From Lama guanicoe (taxonomy: Eukaryota): 64,000 nucleotides of DNA. Both the position numbers and the translations under genes were made by a program. Shown here one piece after another: positions 13,250-26,106 of the stretch. The stretch is from positions 5,025,802 through 5,089,801 of the forward strand of contig MU054400.1 of assembly GCA_013239625.1 (NCBI GenBank), given 5' to 3'. The notes under the pieces were generated by a model. It was not told where the DNA came from. It was given only the letters and a program-made list of their open reading frames with translations, and did no database searches. Each line of letters begins with the position of its first letter. Positions within the stretch are counted from its first letter, which is position 1.

Positions 13250-15060
13250 AATCTTGAGCAAGCCAAATGAAGATAAATCCACATTTAGGCACATTGAGTG
13301 ACACAGTAGAAGCTCAAAGATAATGAAAGAATATGAAAGCTACCAGGGAGAAAAAAGATACTTTTCAAGAAATGCAGATTAATTACAAACTTCTTGTCAA
13401 CAAAAAGAGATGTCAGAATATAGCAGAGTAATACATTCAAAGTGCTAAGTGAAAGTAGCTGCCAGCCTAAAAATCTACACTTCGGTGATCATTTAATAGT
13501 GAAGGTATATAAAAGATATCTTCAGACATACAAGTATTGAAAGAAGTTACTACTCCTAGACTCCTGAAAGAATGACTAAAGGTATACTTAAGTAAAAAGG
13601 AAATTTCAGCAGATTTTACTTTCCAAAAATGACTGTAACAGTATTTACCATCTCATATGCTTTTCTCCTGTGTGACCTAATCTCTCCCCCATCAAGAGAT
13701 GAAGTTGAATTCCCTCTTGAATCTGGACTGGGCATATGACTCTTTTCTGAAACCAGTAGCATGTGGTGGAAGTGATACCACTCTGACTTACCAAGCTAGA
13801 TCAGAAAAGGTCATTCAGTTTTCAACTCTTTCTTTGGACACTTGCTCTGGAGGCCGCCCGCTGCCGTATAAGTTGTCTGACTACTCTGAGATCTCCATGT
13901 TAGAGAGGCTTTGTGTAGCCACTCCGATCACCAGACCCACCGACAAGCCCATTCTCCAGCTAAGTACCATGGAGTGTCATAGTCAAATTCAGAAGATTCA
14001 GAATAATGGCCCATCTCAGTGTTACCCAAGTTCCTAACCTAATATATGTAAGGTGTATCTATATTACATATAATATGTAATACATATATTTTATATTCAT
14101 AAAGAATATAATAAAATGATTGCTGTTTGAAGCCACAGAATTTTGGGTTAATTTGTCATATAGCAGTAGTAACTGGAATAAAATTGAATCCTGAAAGAAA
14201 GAGTGGAGTATATGAATCCATCATGTGTAAGGACACTTGTGAATAAGTAAATTTTGACTTTTTTTTCCTAAGTTGGACGAGAATTGTTAAAACAATATGA
14301 TGCTAAGATAGTAGCGACAATAATATGGAAGCTGGTATAGAGCGGAGAAGATGAAAGACTGATGATAAAATTTTCTAGGATCTTTATGTTTTTCAGAGAT
14401 TGACTTTAGGTGTGTTCAAGAAAAGAAATAGATTGTATAACCTATGAAACAGTAGAGGGGGAAAAGAATTCAGAGAAATTCAACAACAAGCAGAAAAGTA
14501 AAAGCTAAGAAGCAAAGAAAATCATGGTAAATAGAAAACACAAAGTGAATTGACTGAGATCAGTGCTGTTATAATCATAATAAATGTAAATAAATTATCT
14601 TCAGTTATTTAAAATGATTATATATTTTTTAAGTGCAGTCAAATGTTGCTTTAAAATGATACCCAAGGCAGAATAACCCAGAGCAGTCAAAAATAAAAAT
14701 AAAGGATAGAGAAGATACATCATTACATCAAGAAAAAACTAACCAAAAGAAAGCAAGTGTGACAATATTAATGTCTGACAAGATGGAATTCTGTGTATTT
14801 TATCCAGGAAACACTTGCAGATGAGTACCAGGAGACATGTACAAGGATGTTCACTGCAACATTGTAATAATGAAAATTTTCAAAGAATGTAAATATCTTT
14901 CAGTAGGGAAGTGTATGGCTAAATTGTGGAATATTCATATAGGGACACTAAACAGCAGTTAGAAGAAACAAGCTAGATCTGTTTGCATCTACATGGCTAT
15001 ATTTCAAAACCACTGAGTGAAAGAAATAAGTTACAGAATAATATGTTAGTGTGACATTTC
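13250..15060 (+). mobile_element. Decayed L1ME-type fragments interrupted by an MLT1 LTR
   Basis: A-rich L1 ORF1/EN-like sequence plus acatgtacaaggatgttcactgcaacattg. Confidence 0.55.
13605..14180 (+). mobile_element. MaLR LTR (MLT1G/H-like)
   Basis: Starts cagattttactttccaaaaatg...cccatcaagagatgaag...cttgaatctggactggg and ends aagccacagaattttgggttaatttgtcatatagcagtagtaactggaata. Confidence 0.75.
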
Positions 15061-16899
15061 TAAACATAATACATTTACACTTCTAAGATTCCTTCTAATT
15101 CTGAAATTATCGAATTTCACATCAGTAAGCTGTGTTCCTATGACTCAATGCATTTGAGTGTCAGAGGAGCTGTGCCCGGAAACAGTATATACTTCAGTAA
15201 CTTAATGACTGGCTTTCGTCAAGAACAGTCACTGTATCCTAAAGAATGAACACACTTGGAATAGCAGAAAGACTTGTTCAGTCTTCCTCTGAACAAGTAA
15301 TCTGTGGGATTAAGTATTTGTAACTATTCCCAGTATGCTCGATATTATGTAATAAGCATTTATGCAAAAATCTCTCCTTTCCCCCTGAGTTGCTTATAAG
15401 AAAAGAAATGTTGCAGAAAGAGGCACAGTTGTATTCTGAGAAGCAGCAGTGAGAGCTGTCTTGAGGAAGATGTTTAAGCAATAACTTTCTTGTAGAACCT
15501 GTGTAAGCCAGAATCCGTGTTCTGTAAATAACTAGATGTTGAAATCACCAATGCCCTCAGATGTCAAATTCCACAGATATTTATTGAGAACCTACTGTGT
15601 ACAGGGCACTCTACTTAACATGGTCATGAACACAGAGATCAGTCAAGAGTCCCAAGTTCTTTACAGACTTCTGGAAGATGGAAGTAAGTATAAAATGAAA
15701 CAGGATAAGTTAAGGGCCATGAGATGATACAAAGAGCTTGAAAGGAGAATATAATTATTATCTTTGGAGGGTTGCAGAATGGCTCTACAGAGGTGGTTGA
15801 GCACACTTGCAAGTGTGCTGATTTCTGTTTGGGTGATTAAAAGTGGCAGGGCAGTTTCTTTGCTGTGCCATAGCTGTTTAGTGTGTGATCCTCTCCCACT
15901 TACTCCGCCCACCACCTTTCTTAAGAAAAATATTGCTGTACATTAAATCTTTTGAAGCCTGTAATGGTGTTTCTGAGACAATCACTTAAGCATTTAAAAT
16001 GCACACCACACAGTACACTTATTTTAGAGACAGCAGTGGTTAGCCACTGGAAACTAACCATTGGGTTTGATAAAGGAGGGGAGTTTTATATGTTATGGCT
16101 TATGACAGAGAATGGAAAAATGCTTTAGTGAGATGGGCTGGCATTTTAAATTGGAACACAGTAGAAATGTGGTTACTATTTGCTGAGAGAGGCCTTTCAA
16201 GGAGGCGTTTGCAACCACAGCCAGTTCAGTTCTTCCCTCAACGAGGGACTGTGACCCTGATTGATGTCAGTGAGAGTTATGTACTTACAGAGAAAGGGGA
16301 GTCAGATCATCCATGAATTCAAGGCAAGTAGGAAACAGCTATAATAAGCAACAAGTTATAACAGACTTACAGTTTATACCTAACTTGGGTTAGAAACTGT
16401 GCAAAGGTGACAGTGATCTTCTGAATCTTCTGGGCTGGCTTAAAAATTCTCCTTTTCTCCCCAAAGCTGTTACGCTATGAATTGATTCTAGTCCACACAA
16501 CTAAAAAGAAGATACAAAAAGGTAGAGTGAGGATATGGAAGAGAGTCTTAGGAGGAAACATTTGATGTATAACTTGGACAATATGAGGGAAATGGTCTTG
16601 AGAGCTGGAGGATGCGAATGCCAAGGGAAAGTACCGGCGAGTGGAAAAGCGCCAGAAGTTGACCTTGAGCAAATTGTAAGCTTTACCTCTCTGGGCCTCA
16701 TTGTCCTCACTTATAAAACTAGAGCACGGGACTGAGTGAGTCCTGAGGAAGTTTTCAGCTCCAGAATTTGGTGAGGTAGACTAGTTAGAAAGTGCAGTGG
16801 GGCCAAATGTAGTTTTTACTTGTTTTTATTTCTTTGCAGTTTCATTGAGATAAAACTGAAATACAGTGTTCTGATAGTTTAAGGTGTACAACATAATGC

Positions 16900-16900
<1 letters not shown>

Positions 16901-16930
<30 letters not shown>

Positions 16931-16950
16931 TATATACATACACACACACA
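16901..16950. repeat. Compound (TA)n(CA)n microsatellite within an L1 3' fragment
   Basis: Directly visible tatatatatatacacacacacacacacacatatatacatacacacacaca. Confidence 0.9.
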
Positions 16951-17942
16951 ACGTAATGCTTTAATATATAGTATATATATTTAATATACATTTAACATTA
17001 ATATATATTTAATATATATAATTGATTTATACATATCAATTGCAGTGTTTGTTTTTAAAGGTAGCAGCCTTAGGGGTGTTTCAAACATTGGGAATCGGAT
17101 GGAGACTTGGAGAAGGACAAATTGTTGGCAAGAAAAAAAATGTCAAATGGAACAAGATTCCAAATTAGTGTGAGCGGATGGTGTTGGGGGGGATGTGTCC
17201 TTCCCATTTCTGATGTTTCCTTTCTTGTGGAGGAGCTTAATCACCGTAAAACTCCTGATCATTTTACTTCTTCTCACATAAGGGAGGTGGAGTGATTTAT
17301 TCTGGTAAATTTGGAAAGAAGAAACGGGGTGTGCTCTGCTTGCTCAGGTCCTCCCTTTTGCTTTTGGGCAGCAGCCTTGACCACAGAGGGCTGTTCTCCT
17401 TACTTCTCCAGGCACTAAGTCTTACCTGTGGAGGGGACCTCCTCTTCTGGAGCTCTGACTTGATCCAGTATTGCCTGTGACCCTGTGGGTAAATCTGTCT
17501 AATATGGGGATTTTGTTTTCAGGTACCTTTGGCTGCCATACTAAGCCATGTTCTCCAATTTAGCCTTCATCAATAATAATCGTGGTATTTTGGTCTCCCT
17601 CTGCCCTATCTTCATCTTATTTCTCAGTATCTTCAGAATTTTGATGGGCAAGAAGAGTGCTGTTTATTTGGCTCTTCCAGACCCCAAAAGGGGTGCAGGG
17701 AGAAGGAATTGGCTTCGACAAGAAGGAATTCTTGTTTCCTCTGAATGAGGAGAAGGTACTAGTTGTGAAGAACTAGAGATCCTTGAGGTATGATGGAGTT
17801 TCAGAGATTCAAAGTCATCTCAGTCAAGTAGGAGGCCAAATCATCAGCTGAAATGAGTCATCAGGCATGGAATTGGAAAGTTAAAAGAGGAAAAGATTTA
17901 GAATTGCTTCTATGTGGAGTTTACTCAAGAATCTACTGAAGG

Positions 17943-20900
17943 ATGTTTAGGGGTGGGGCCAAGTTGGGGGAGTAGAAAGACCCTGAGCTCACCTCCACTC
18001 ATGATCACACCAAAATTACAACTGTCTGCAGAACAGTGATGGATGAAAAAGTCTGGAACCTACCAGAAAAGATTCTCTATGACTAAAGACATAAAGAAGG
18101 AACAAGGAGACTGGCAAGCGGGGAGGACTCACTGTATAATCACATCCAGCACCCCTGTGTGAGCAACCCATGAAATGGAGAATAAGTTATTGCAGAAGTT
18201 CTCCCACAGGAGTAAGAATTCTAAGCGCTGTGTTGGGGTCCCCAGCCTGGGGGTCCTGTACTGGGAAGATGAGCCCCCAGAGCATTTGGCTTTGAACACT
18301 AGTAGGGCTTAATTTCAGGAGCCCCAAAGGACTGGGGGAAATAGAGATCACTCTTAAAGAGTGCCCTCAAAATCTCACATGCTCCAGGACCCAGAGCAAA
18401 AGCAGTAATTTGATAGGAGCTCGGGGCAGATCTATCTGCTGGTCTTGGAGAGTCTGCCAGAAAGGTAACAGGTAGGGGGTGGCTGCAGCTCACCCTGGGG
18501 GCAAAGACACTGGCGGCAGCCATTCTGGGGAAGCTCCTTCTACACGGGTGCTGGCAGTGCCATCGTGGAACACTCCCGCTACCTCATTAGCTCCAGTTAG
18601 GCTAGTGCCAGGATGCCTCAGGCCATGCAACTAACTAGGCAGGGACACAGCCCCAACCCTCAGCAGACAGGCTGCCTAAAGACTTCCTGTGCCCACAGCT
18701 GCCTCTCAACATGGCTCTAGACACGGCCTCACCCAATAGAGGGTCAAGACCCAGCTCCACCCACCAGTGGGCATCAGCCCTACCCTTCCAGAAGCCTGCT
18801 CTGCCCTAACTGGGCCAGCCTCATCCACCAGGGGGCAGACACCAGATGCATGTAAACCACAGTTCTGCAGCCTGCCAGTCTGCCCGCAGTAGGCCAGACC
18901 CTACTCTGAGACCAGTGGGGGCTCAGCTCTGCACACTAGCAGGTGAACACAGTTTTGGAATACCCCAGACACTGTACCCAGCTGTGTCAGCAACTAACCC
19001 CTCTACCCACCATCTCTGGGATTCCTGGGCCCTGCAGCCCGAGTCTGGGACCTGGCTCTGTCAGCCAGTAGTCTGGCACTAACCCCAGGACCTGGCTTCA
19101 CTCTCCATTGGGCAGGCAACAGCCCTGGAGTCTTATGAACCATGACTTTACCCACCAGTGAGCCAGCACTAGCCCTGGGGTACTCTGGGGAACCAGAAGC
19201 AGTCAGCTGGCTCGTGACTAGTCCCTGCCAACCAGCAGCCAGCAGCCTCTGCACAAGGCATGGCCTGGCAACCAACTGAACTAGGGGCCACCCAAGCCTA
19301 CCAGACCTCCCACATGGCATGCCACAACAGAAGGACCTCTGTAGCCCTCATAGGGGAACATCTAGAGCATGTAGCTTGGGTGACTAGAAGGGAATGTGCT
19401 GCTGGGATGCATAGGGCACATCCCCTACAGAAGGCCACTTCTCCAGGGTTGAGAAATGTAACTAACCTACTGGATACATAAAATACAACAAACAGCAACT
19501 TAGGCAAAAGAAGACAGCAGAGGAACATGTTCCAGGTGAAGGAATAAGATAAAATCCCAAAGAACTAAGTGAAGTGGAGATAGACAATCTACCTGAGAAA
19601 GAGTGCAGGGTAATGATAGTAAAAATGATCAAAGAACTTCAGAGAAAAATGAATGCACAGAGTGAGAAGTTAGAAATTTTTAACAAAGGGTTAGGAAATA
19701 CGAAGAACAGAGATGAAGAATACAATAACAGAAATGAAAAAATACCCTAGAAGGAATCAACAGTAGACTAAATGATACAGGGGAATGGACCAACAAGCTG
19801 CAAGACAGAGTAGTGATGCTGAACAGAAAAAAAGGAAAAAGAATGAAGAGAAATGAGGACAGTTTAAGAGACCTGTGGGACAGCATCAAGTGTGCTAATA
19901 TTAACATATGGTGTCCCAGAGGGAGAAGAGAGAGAAAGGGGCTGAGAATATATCTGAAGACATAATAGCTGAGAATTTTCCTAACCTGAGAAAGGAAGCA
20001 GTCACCAGGTCCAGGAAGTGCAGAAAATCCTGTATAAGATTGACCCAAAGAGGAACACACCCAAGACACATTGTAATTAAAATGACAAAAATTAGAGACT
20101 ACTAAAAAGCACCAAGGGAAAACAACAAATAACACACATGGGAACTCCCATAAGGCTGTCAGCTGATTTTTCAGTGGAGACTGCAGGCCAAAAGGGAGTG
20201 GCATGATGTATCTAAAGTGGTAAAAGGGCAGAACCTACAACCAAGAATACTCTATGCAGCAAAGCTCTTGTTCGGGTTTGATGGAGAGATTAAAAGCTTT
20301 ACGGACAAGCAAAAGCTAAAAGAGTTCAGCATCACCAAAACAGCTTTACAACAAATGTTAAAGGAACTTCTCTAGATGAAAACGAAAAGGCAAGAAATAC
20401 AGAAACAAGTAAAATTACAAAATGGAAAAGCTCATCAGTACAGGCAAACATATGGTAAAGGTAGGAAACCATCCATGCAGAGCTAGTAGGGCAGTTAAAA
20501 GAAAAGTAGTAAAATCATCTGTATCCACCATAAGCTTTTAAGAGATACACAAAACAATTAGATAGAGAATATGAAATCAAAAACAGTAATTGTGAGGGGA
20601 ACAGAGTACAAATGCAAGGTTTGTTAAAACGCATTTAAAATTAAGAAATCAGCAACTGAAAACAGTCATAGATAGAAAGATAGATTGCTATATAAAAGCC
20701 TCATGGAAACCACAAACCAGAAGTCTATAATAGATATACACACAAAAAGGAAAAAGGAATCCAAACATAAGACAAAAGATAGTCATTAAATCACAAGAGA
20801 CGAGAGCAAAAGAAGAAGAAAGGGAGGTGGGGGAAAGACACACAAAAACAACCCCCAACAGTTAACGACATGGCAGTAAGAACACACGCATGTCTATGCA

Positions 20901-22723
20901 TTGAGAATGAAGTATCAGGAAGAGAAACTAAGGAAACAATCCTATTTATCATCTCGTTAAAGAGAGTAAAATACATAGGAGTAAACCTGCCTAAAGATGT
21001 AAATGACCTGTATTTGAAAAACTGTAAGATGTTGATGAAGGAAATTAAAGATGGCACAAACAGATGGAAAGATATACTCTGTTCTTGGATTGGAAGAAAT
21101 AATATTGTTAAAATGACCGTACTACCCAAGGCAATCTACAGGTTCAGTGCAATCCCTATCAAGACACCAATAAATTTTTCACAGAACTGGAACAAAAAAT
21201 GTTAATGTTTGTATGGAAACACAAAAGACCCTGAAGAGCCAAAACAATCTTGAGAAAGAAGAACACAGCTGGAGGATCATGCTCCCTAACTTCAGACTAT
21301 ACGACAAAGCTACAGTAATCAAAACAGTGTGGTACTAACACAAAAATAGACACAGATCAGTGGAGAATAGAAGGCTCAGAAGTAAACCCACACATCTGTG
21401 GTCAATTAATCTATGACAAAGAAGGCAAAAATATACAATGGGGAAACAAGTGGTGCTGGGAAAACTGGACAGCTACATGTAAAGGAAGGAAATTAGGACA
21501 TTCTGTAACACCATACAGAAAAATAAGCTCAAAATGGATTAAAGACCTAAATGCAAGACTGGAAACCATAAAGCTCCTAGAGTAAAACACAGGCAGAACA
21601 CTCTTTGACATAAATTGTAGCAATATTTTTTTTGGATCTGTCTCTAACATAGAGGACATAAAAGCGAAAATAAACAAATGGGACCTTAAAAAGATTTTGC
21701 ACAGCAAAGAAAATCATTGACAAAGTGAAAAGACAGCCTACAATGGAAGAACATTTTTGCAAGTGATATGACTGATAAGGGGTTAATATTCAACATATAT
21801 AAATAGCTCATACAACTCAACATAAAAAAAAACCTGATCTTAATAAAAGAGCAGAAGACCTTAATAGACATTTAAAGGCACATAAAAAGATGTTCAACAT
21901 AACTAATCATTAGGGAAATGCAAATCAAAGCCACAATGAAATACCATCTCACACCTATCAGAATGGCTATCACCAAAAAGAACACAAATAAAAAATATTA
22001 GTGACTATGAGAAGAAAAGAGAACCTTTGTACACTGTTGGTGGGAATGTGGAAAACAGTATGGAAATTTCTTAAACAATTAAAAATAGAATTACCATATA
22101 ACCCAGCAATTCCACTTGGATCTATATCTATATCTATATCTATATCTATATCTATATCTATATCTACAAAAAATGAAAACACTAATTTGAAAAGATACAT
22201 GAACCCCAGTATTCATAGCAGCATTACTTAACAGTTGCTAAAATACTGAAGTAACCTGTGTCCATCAATAGATGAGTGGATAAAGAAGATGTGGTATATA
22301 TACATACAATGCAATACTACTCAGCCATAAAAAAGGGTGAAAATTTGCCATTTGCAGCAATATGGATGGACTTGGAGGGTATTAAGTGAAATAAGTCAAA
22401 GAAAGACAAATACTGAATGATACCATATATATGGAATATAAAAAAATATTGAGTGAATATAAGAAGAAAGAAGCAGACTCAGATATAGAGAACAAACTAG
22501 TGGTTACCAGTGGGGAGGGGCAATGTAGGGGTAGGTGATTAAGAGGTACAAACTATTCTGTATAAAATAAGCTACAATGATACGTTTTACAATACAGGGA
22601 ATATTGCCATTATTATATAATAACTCTAAATGGAGTATAACCTTTAAAAATTGTTAATCACTATATTGTACACCTCTTACTTAAATAATATTGTGTACCA
22701 GTTATACTTCAATTTTAAAAAAG
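17943..22723 (+). mobile_element. L1 with both ends retained (5' UTR, decayed ORF1 ~19500-20375, internally deleted ORF2, 3' UTR)
   Basis: ORF1 peptide ENISEDIIAENFPNL and ORF2 peptides RVKYIGVNL...RWKDILCSWIGR and WKTVWKFLKQLKIELPYNPAIPL. TSD AGAA(T/C)CTACTGAAGG lies at 17928-17942 and 22724-22738. Confidence 0.93.
22120..22166. repeat. (ATCTAT)n hexanucleotide microsatellite inside L1 ORF2
   Basis: About 7-8 perfect units; they translate as poly-(SI)/(DI) in the ORF track. Confidence 0.95.
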
Positions 22724-25188
22724 AGAACCTACTGAAGGGGGCCAAAGAATTTTCATTTAGGTTTACAAATAAAGTCTCATTAACTGGCTTGGATGGCCAG
22801 GGCTTTAAGGCAGCTTCATTGCCTGCCACCAGGAACAAAAATGGTGAAAACTGGTTTATGGAATATATTTCGTCCTTATATTACCTTTCACGAGTAGATA
22901 AAGGCATCTATTAGGATTAGACAATAATTAGTTATATCTATATTGTTACAAATGTAAACTATTCTTTTTCAAATGTAATAGTTGAGACAGCCACAAAGTT
23001 TACCCTTGTTCCAGTTGATTCTGATTCTTCTCTTGACTCTGTGTGTATATCCAATTTTTGTAAATTACACAAGTTTTTTTTTTTTTTAAGTGCCCAATCA
23101 ACACAGTACTGCATGATAACTTTCCCAAACACCAGCAGGGTGAAGTTTTAGCATTCATTGTTTCTCCTTACATATAGCCAATAGCTTTATTGAAGGTTAT
23201 TATTCATTACATGACAAGTTCAACTGCTCTCATACAGAAAAAGAAAATACTCTGGCTTATTCCCCTTGTCCATTGACTTCTTCTTCTTTTTTTTCTTAAT
23301 AAGTAGGCTGAGTATTTTTCTTGTTTCTTTTTATTAATAGCTCTGGAGGTCTTAATCAACCTTAAAAATTCTGCCTGAAAGATGCTTGTAAGAATCTTTT
23401 TTTACCTAATTATTTACCCAAGACCTACATTCCAGTCTTCTACTAGAGAAGTTGATCTACATTTTATTGTCAAAATACAAATATTGTGGGGGTTTTTTTC
23501 CTATTAACTTTTATAAGACCGAAGGGAGTGCCAGCTTCTCTGTAAAGTCATCTCAGACTCTTCTTTGCATCCCCACTACCTCTCAATTCCTATTATTCTT
23601 AAAGACATACATTTTGGTGGGGCTAGGGGAGGGAGAGCAGAGGGCAGAGAAGGATTTTGGGAAGCAGTTGCACTTGAACTGAGTGTGGAAGAACAGAATT
23701 TGGCAGGTGGATGGGGAAGGTGCGAGCCAGGAGCAGTCCACATTTGGAACACCGTTTAGTCCAAAAAGCCTGGAGGTGCGGAGTCAGGTCATCTTTAGGG
23801 AGCAGTGTGTTCAGCAAGCCCTTTGTCTAGGGGACAAGGATTCATTCAAAGGGCGTGTGGCCTCCATGACTGGGAAAATAGCATGGAACCAAATTATACA
23901 GTGCCGTAGGGAAGCCAGCATTTTTTTTTTCCCAAGGTTAGGTTAGATTTTTATGGGGAAGTAGCCTGTGGAGGTATAGGAAATGAAAACTCAATAGATT
24001 TGGTTGCTAGAATGAGAACCTAGAAGGAAAGGAAATAAGAGTCTAGTGGATTGGCAGATAAAGTCAGAAGAAAAATGAGGAGGAGTTAAACAGAATAAAG
24101 AGAGGGCTCCATTTTACTTGAAATTAAGTAATGTTGTACTTGATAAAAATACCTCTTGATATTTAGAAATACAAAAATGATTTAAAATATATCTGCTTAG
24201 TCAGAGTGTTTATTTCTTTTCCCCTGCCATTTTTGTTTTCATTTTTGGTTAAAAAAAAAACCAAACAGCATATGCTGGAAGAAATTAGGTACACGACAGG
24301 GACTGAGAAAATTTCAAGTAATTTTTCTTCTAGCTAGATTGCTGTTATAAAATAAGACTACATTTTGATTCAGAACTTTTATGAAGTACTTGGGCATTTT
24401 ATTACAACATCTGTTTCTACGTTTTAATTTCTCTACTTCCTTTTATAGGTATTTGCATACTTCTTTTTTTTTCAAATGAGAAGACCTTTTTGTTTGCCAC
24501 AAGAAGGCTATTATCCAGAATGTTAATGGGTTTTCAGCTATTAAGATGTAATGATATACCTTGAGTATTTAACTATAAATTTGAAAAATCTCCATGAACA
24601 ATCTCAAAGGAATACTTAGAATGCACTCCTGGTAAATTGGCTCATTTTCCTGTAATTTACTGGAAGTGCTGATATGAGAGCAGTCCTAATGTGAAAAGTA
24701 CATTAATCCCTGGAGTTACATTGTATGTATTAAATTATTACTCTCAAAGAATAAAACGTATGAGGCCATTTAGCCTTCATTCACATTTGTTACTTAGAAT
24801 CACAGTAGAGAAGCAATCACTTATCTTTTGATGCACAAAATTAGAAACGATACATTTAATATCTTTTAAAACAAGAGGCATAGTGATGCTCAGTTACACT
24901 TTTGACTAACAATTGCTTTTTTCCAAAACAAAGACTGTTCTAGTTAGGAGCGTGATTCTTCTGGTTTTGTGGGGGTCCCTTTCATGCCATTGATAATTGA
25001 AATATTTTTAGAAACCCATAATGCAGCTTTCTTTGATGTCAGTCAAAAAGCTTAGTCGGCCTTCTAGCCATGAGCTTCTGCTACGTTGGGAGATAACTGA
25101 AGGAGGTAGGCAACTCGCAGGCGCAGTGGTTACAGGAGCATGGGTCTTATTTGGAATTCTGTCTAATTGTGTTTTTCTTCTTTACCAG

Positions 25189-25330
25189 GGCACTGAAAGT
25201 TGTGGAACCATAATTTGTGACATGACTTGTTTTTTGGTAAGCAGACACTTATGATTCCAGAAGATTGGGACTAACAGGAGGAAGCCCCTTCTGAGATTTT
25301 TAACAAAGTTCTCAAACAGCAACCTACACC
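25189..25330 (+). other. AOPEP: 5' UTR portion of the first AOPEP coding exon
   Basis: A strong acceptor gtttttcttctttaccag|g at 25188/25189 lies 142 nt upstream of the ATG. Confidence 0.7.
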
Positions 25331-26106
25331 ATGGACATGAAGCTGGACCCTTCCCGAGATGACCTGCCTCTCCTGGCCAACACCAGCCACATACTTGTGA
25401 AGCACTATGTACTGGATTTGGATGTGGATTTTGAAAGTCAGGTCATTGAGGGCACCATTGTGCTTTTCTTTGAGCCTGGAAACAGATTCGAGAAAGAAGG
25501 TAGTCCCACCGAGGAAACGTGCCCATCAGAGGCTAACGAAGCCTGCAAATTTAGGACGCCTGAACCCTGCCATATTCCTGTGACAGATACAAGGACCTTC
25601 TCATCTAAAGTGGGATGTCATGATTTTGTAATCTGTGGTAAAGGTGAAAAAGATACTTCTGGTAAAGATGGTAACCATGACAACCGGGAACAGGCTTCTG
25701 GGATTTCTAGCTCAAAGTACTGCTGTGACACGGGGAATCCTGGGAGTGAGGATTTTTTGCTAGTGTTGGACTGCTGTGATTTATCTGTGGTAAAGGTTGA
25801 GGAGGTGGATGTTGCTGCTGTGCCAGGTATTGAAAAATTTACAAGGTCTCCCAAGCTCAGGAATCAGATTGTACGTGAACTTGTGGCTCTGCCTGCAGAT
25901 CGTTGGAGGGAGCAGTTAGACTGCTACGCTCGCTGCAGCCAGGCTCCTGGCTGTGGGGAGCTCCTATTTGACACTGACACTTGGAGCTTACAGATCAGGA
26001 AGACAGGGGCTCAGACAGCTACTGACTTTCCTCATGCCATAAGGATACGGTACAGGACCAAACCCCAGGGGCGATCAGTTACGTGGACCTCAGACCAGAG
26101 TGGCAG
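25331..26106 (+). CDS. AOPEP: Aminopeptidase O, first coding exon (MDMKLDPSRDDLPLLANTSH...TWTSDQSG)
   Basis: The translation matches the recalled AOPEP N-terminus (DDLPL.ANTSHILVKHYVLDLDVDFESQVIEG; LVLDCCDLSV; TDFPHAIRI). Kozak context is accATGG. Donor CAG|gtaggt lies at 26106/26107. The exon is 776 nt, phase 2. Confidence 0.97.

Noticed and set aside
19680..20204. 174-aa hydrophobic minus-strand ORF
   Set aside because: It is the antisense reading of A-rich L1 ORF1.
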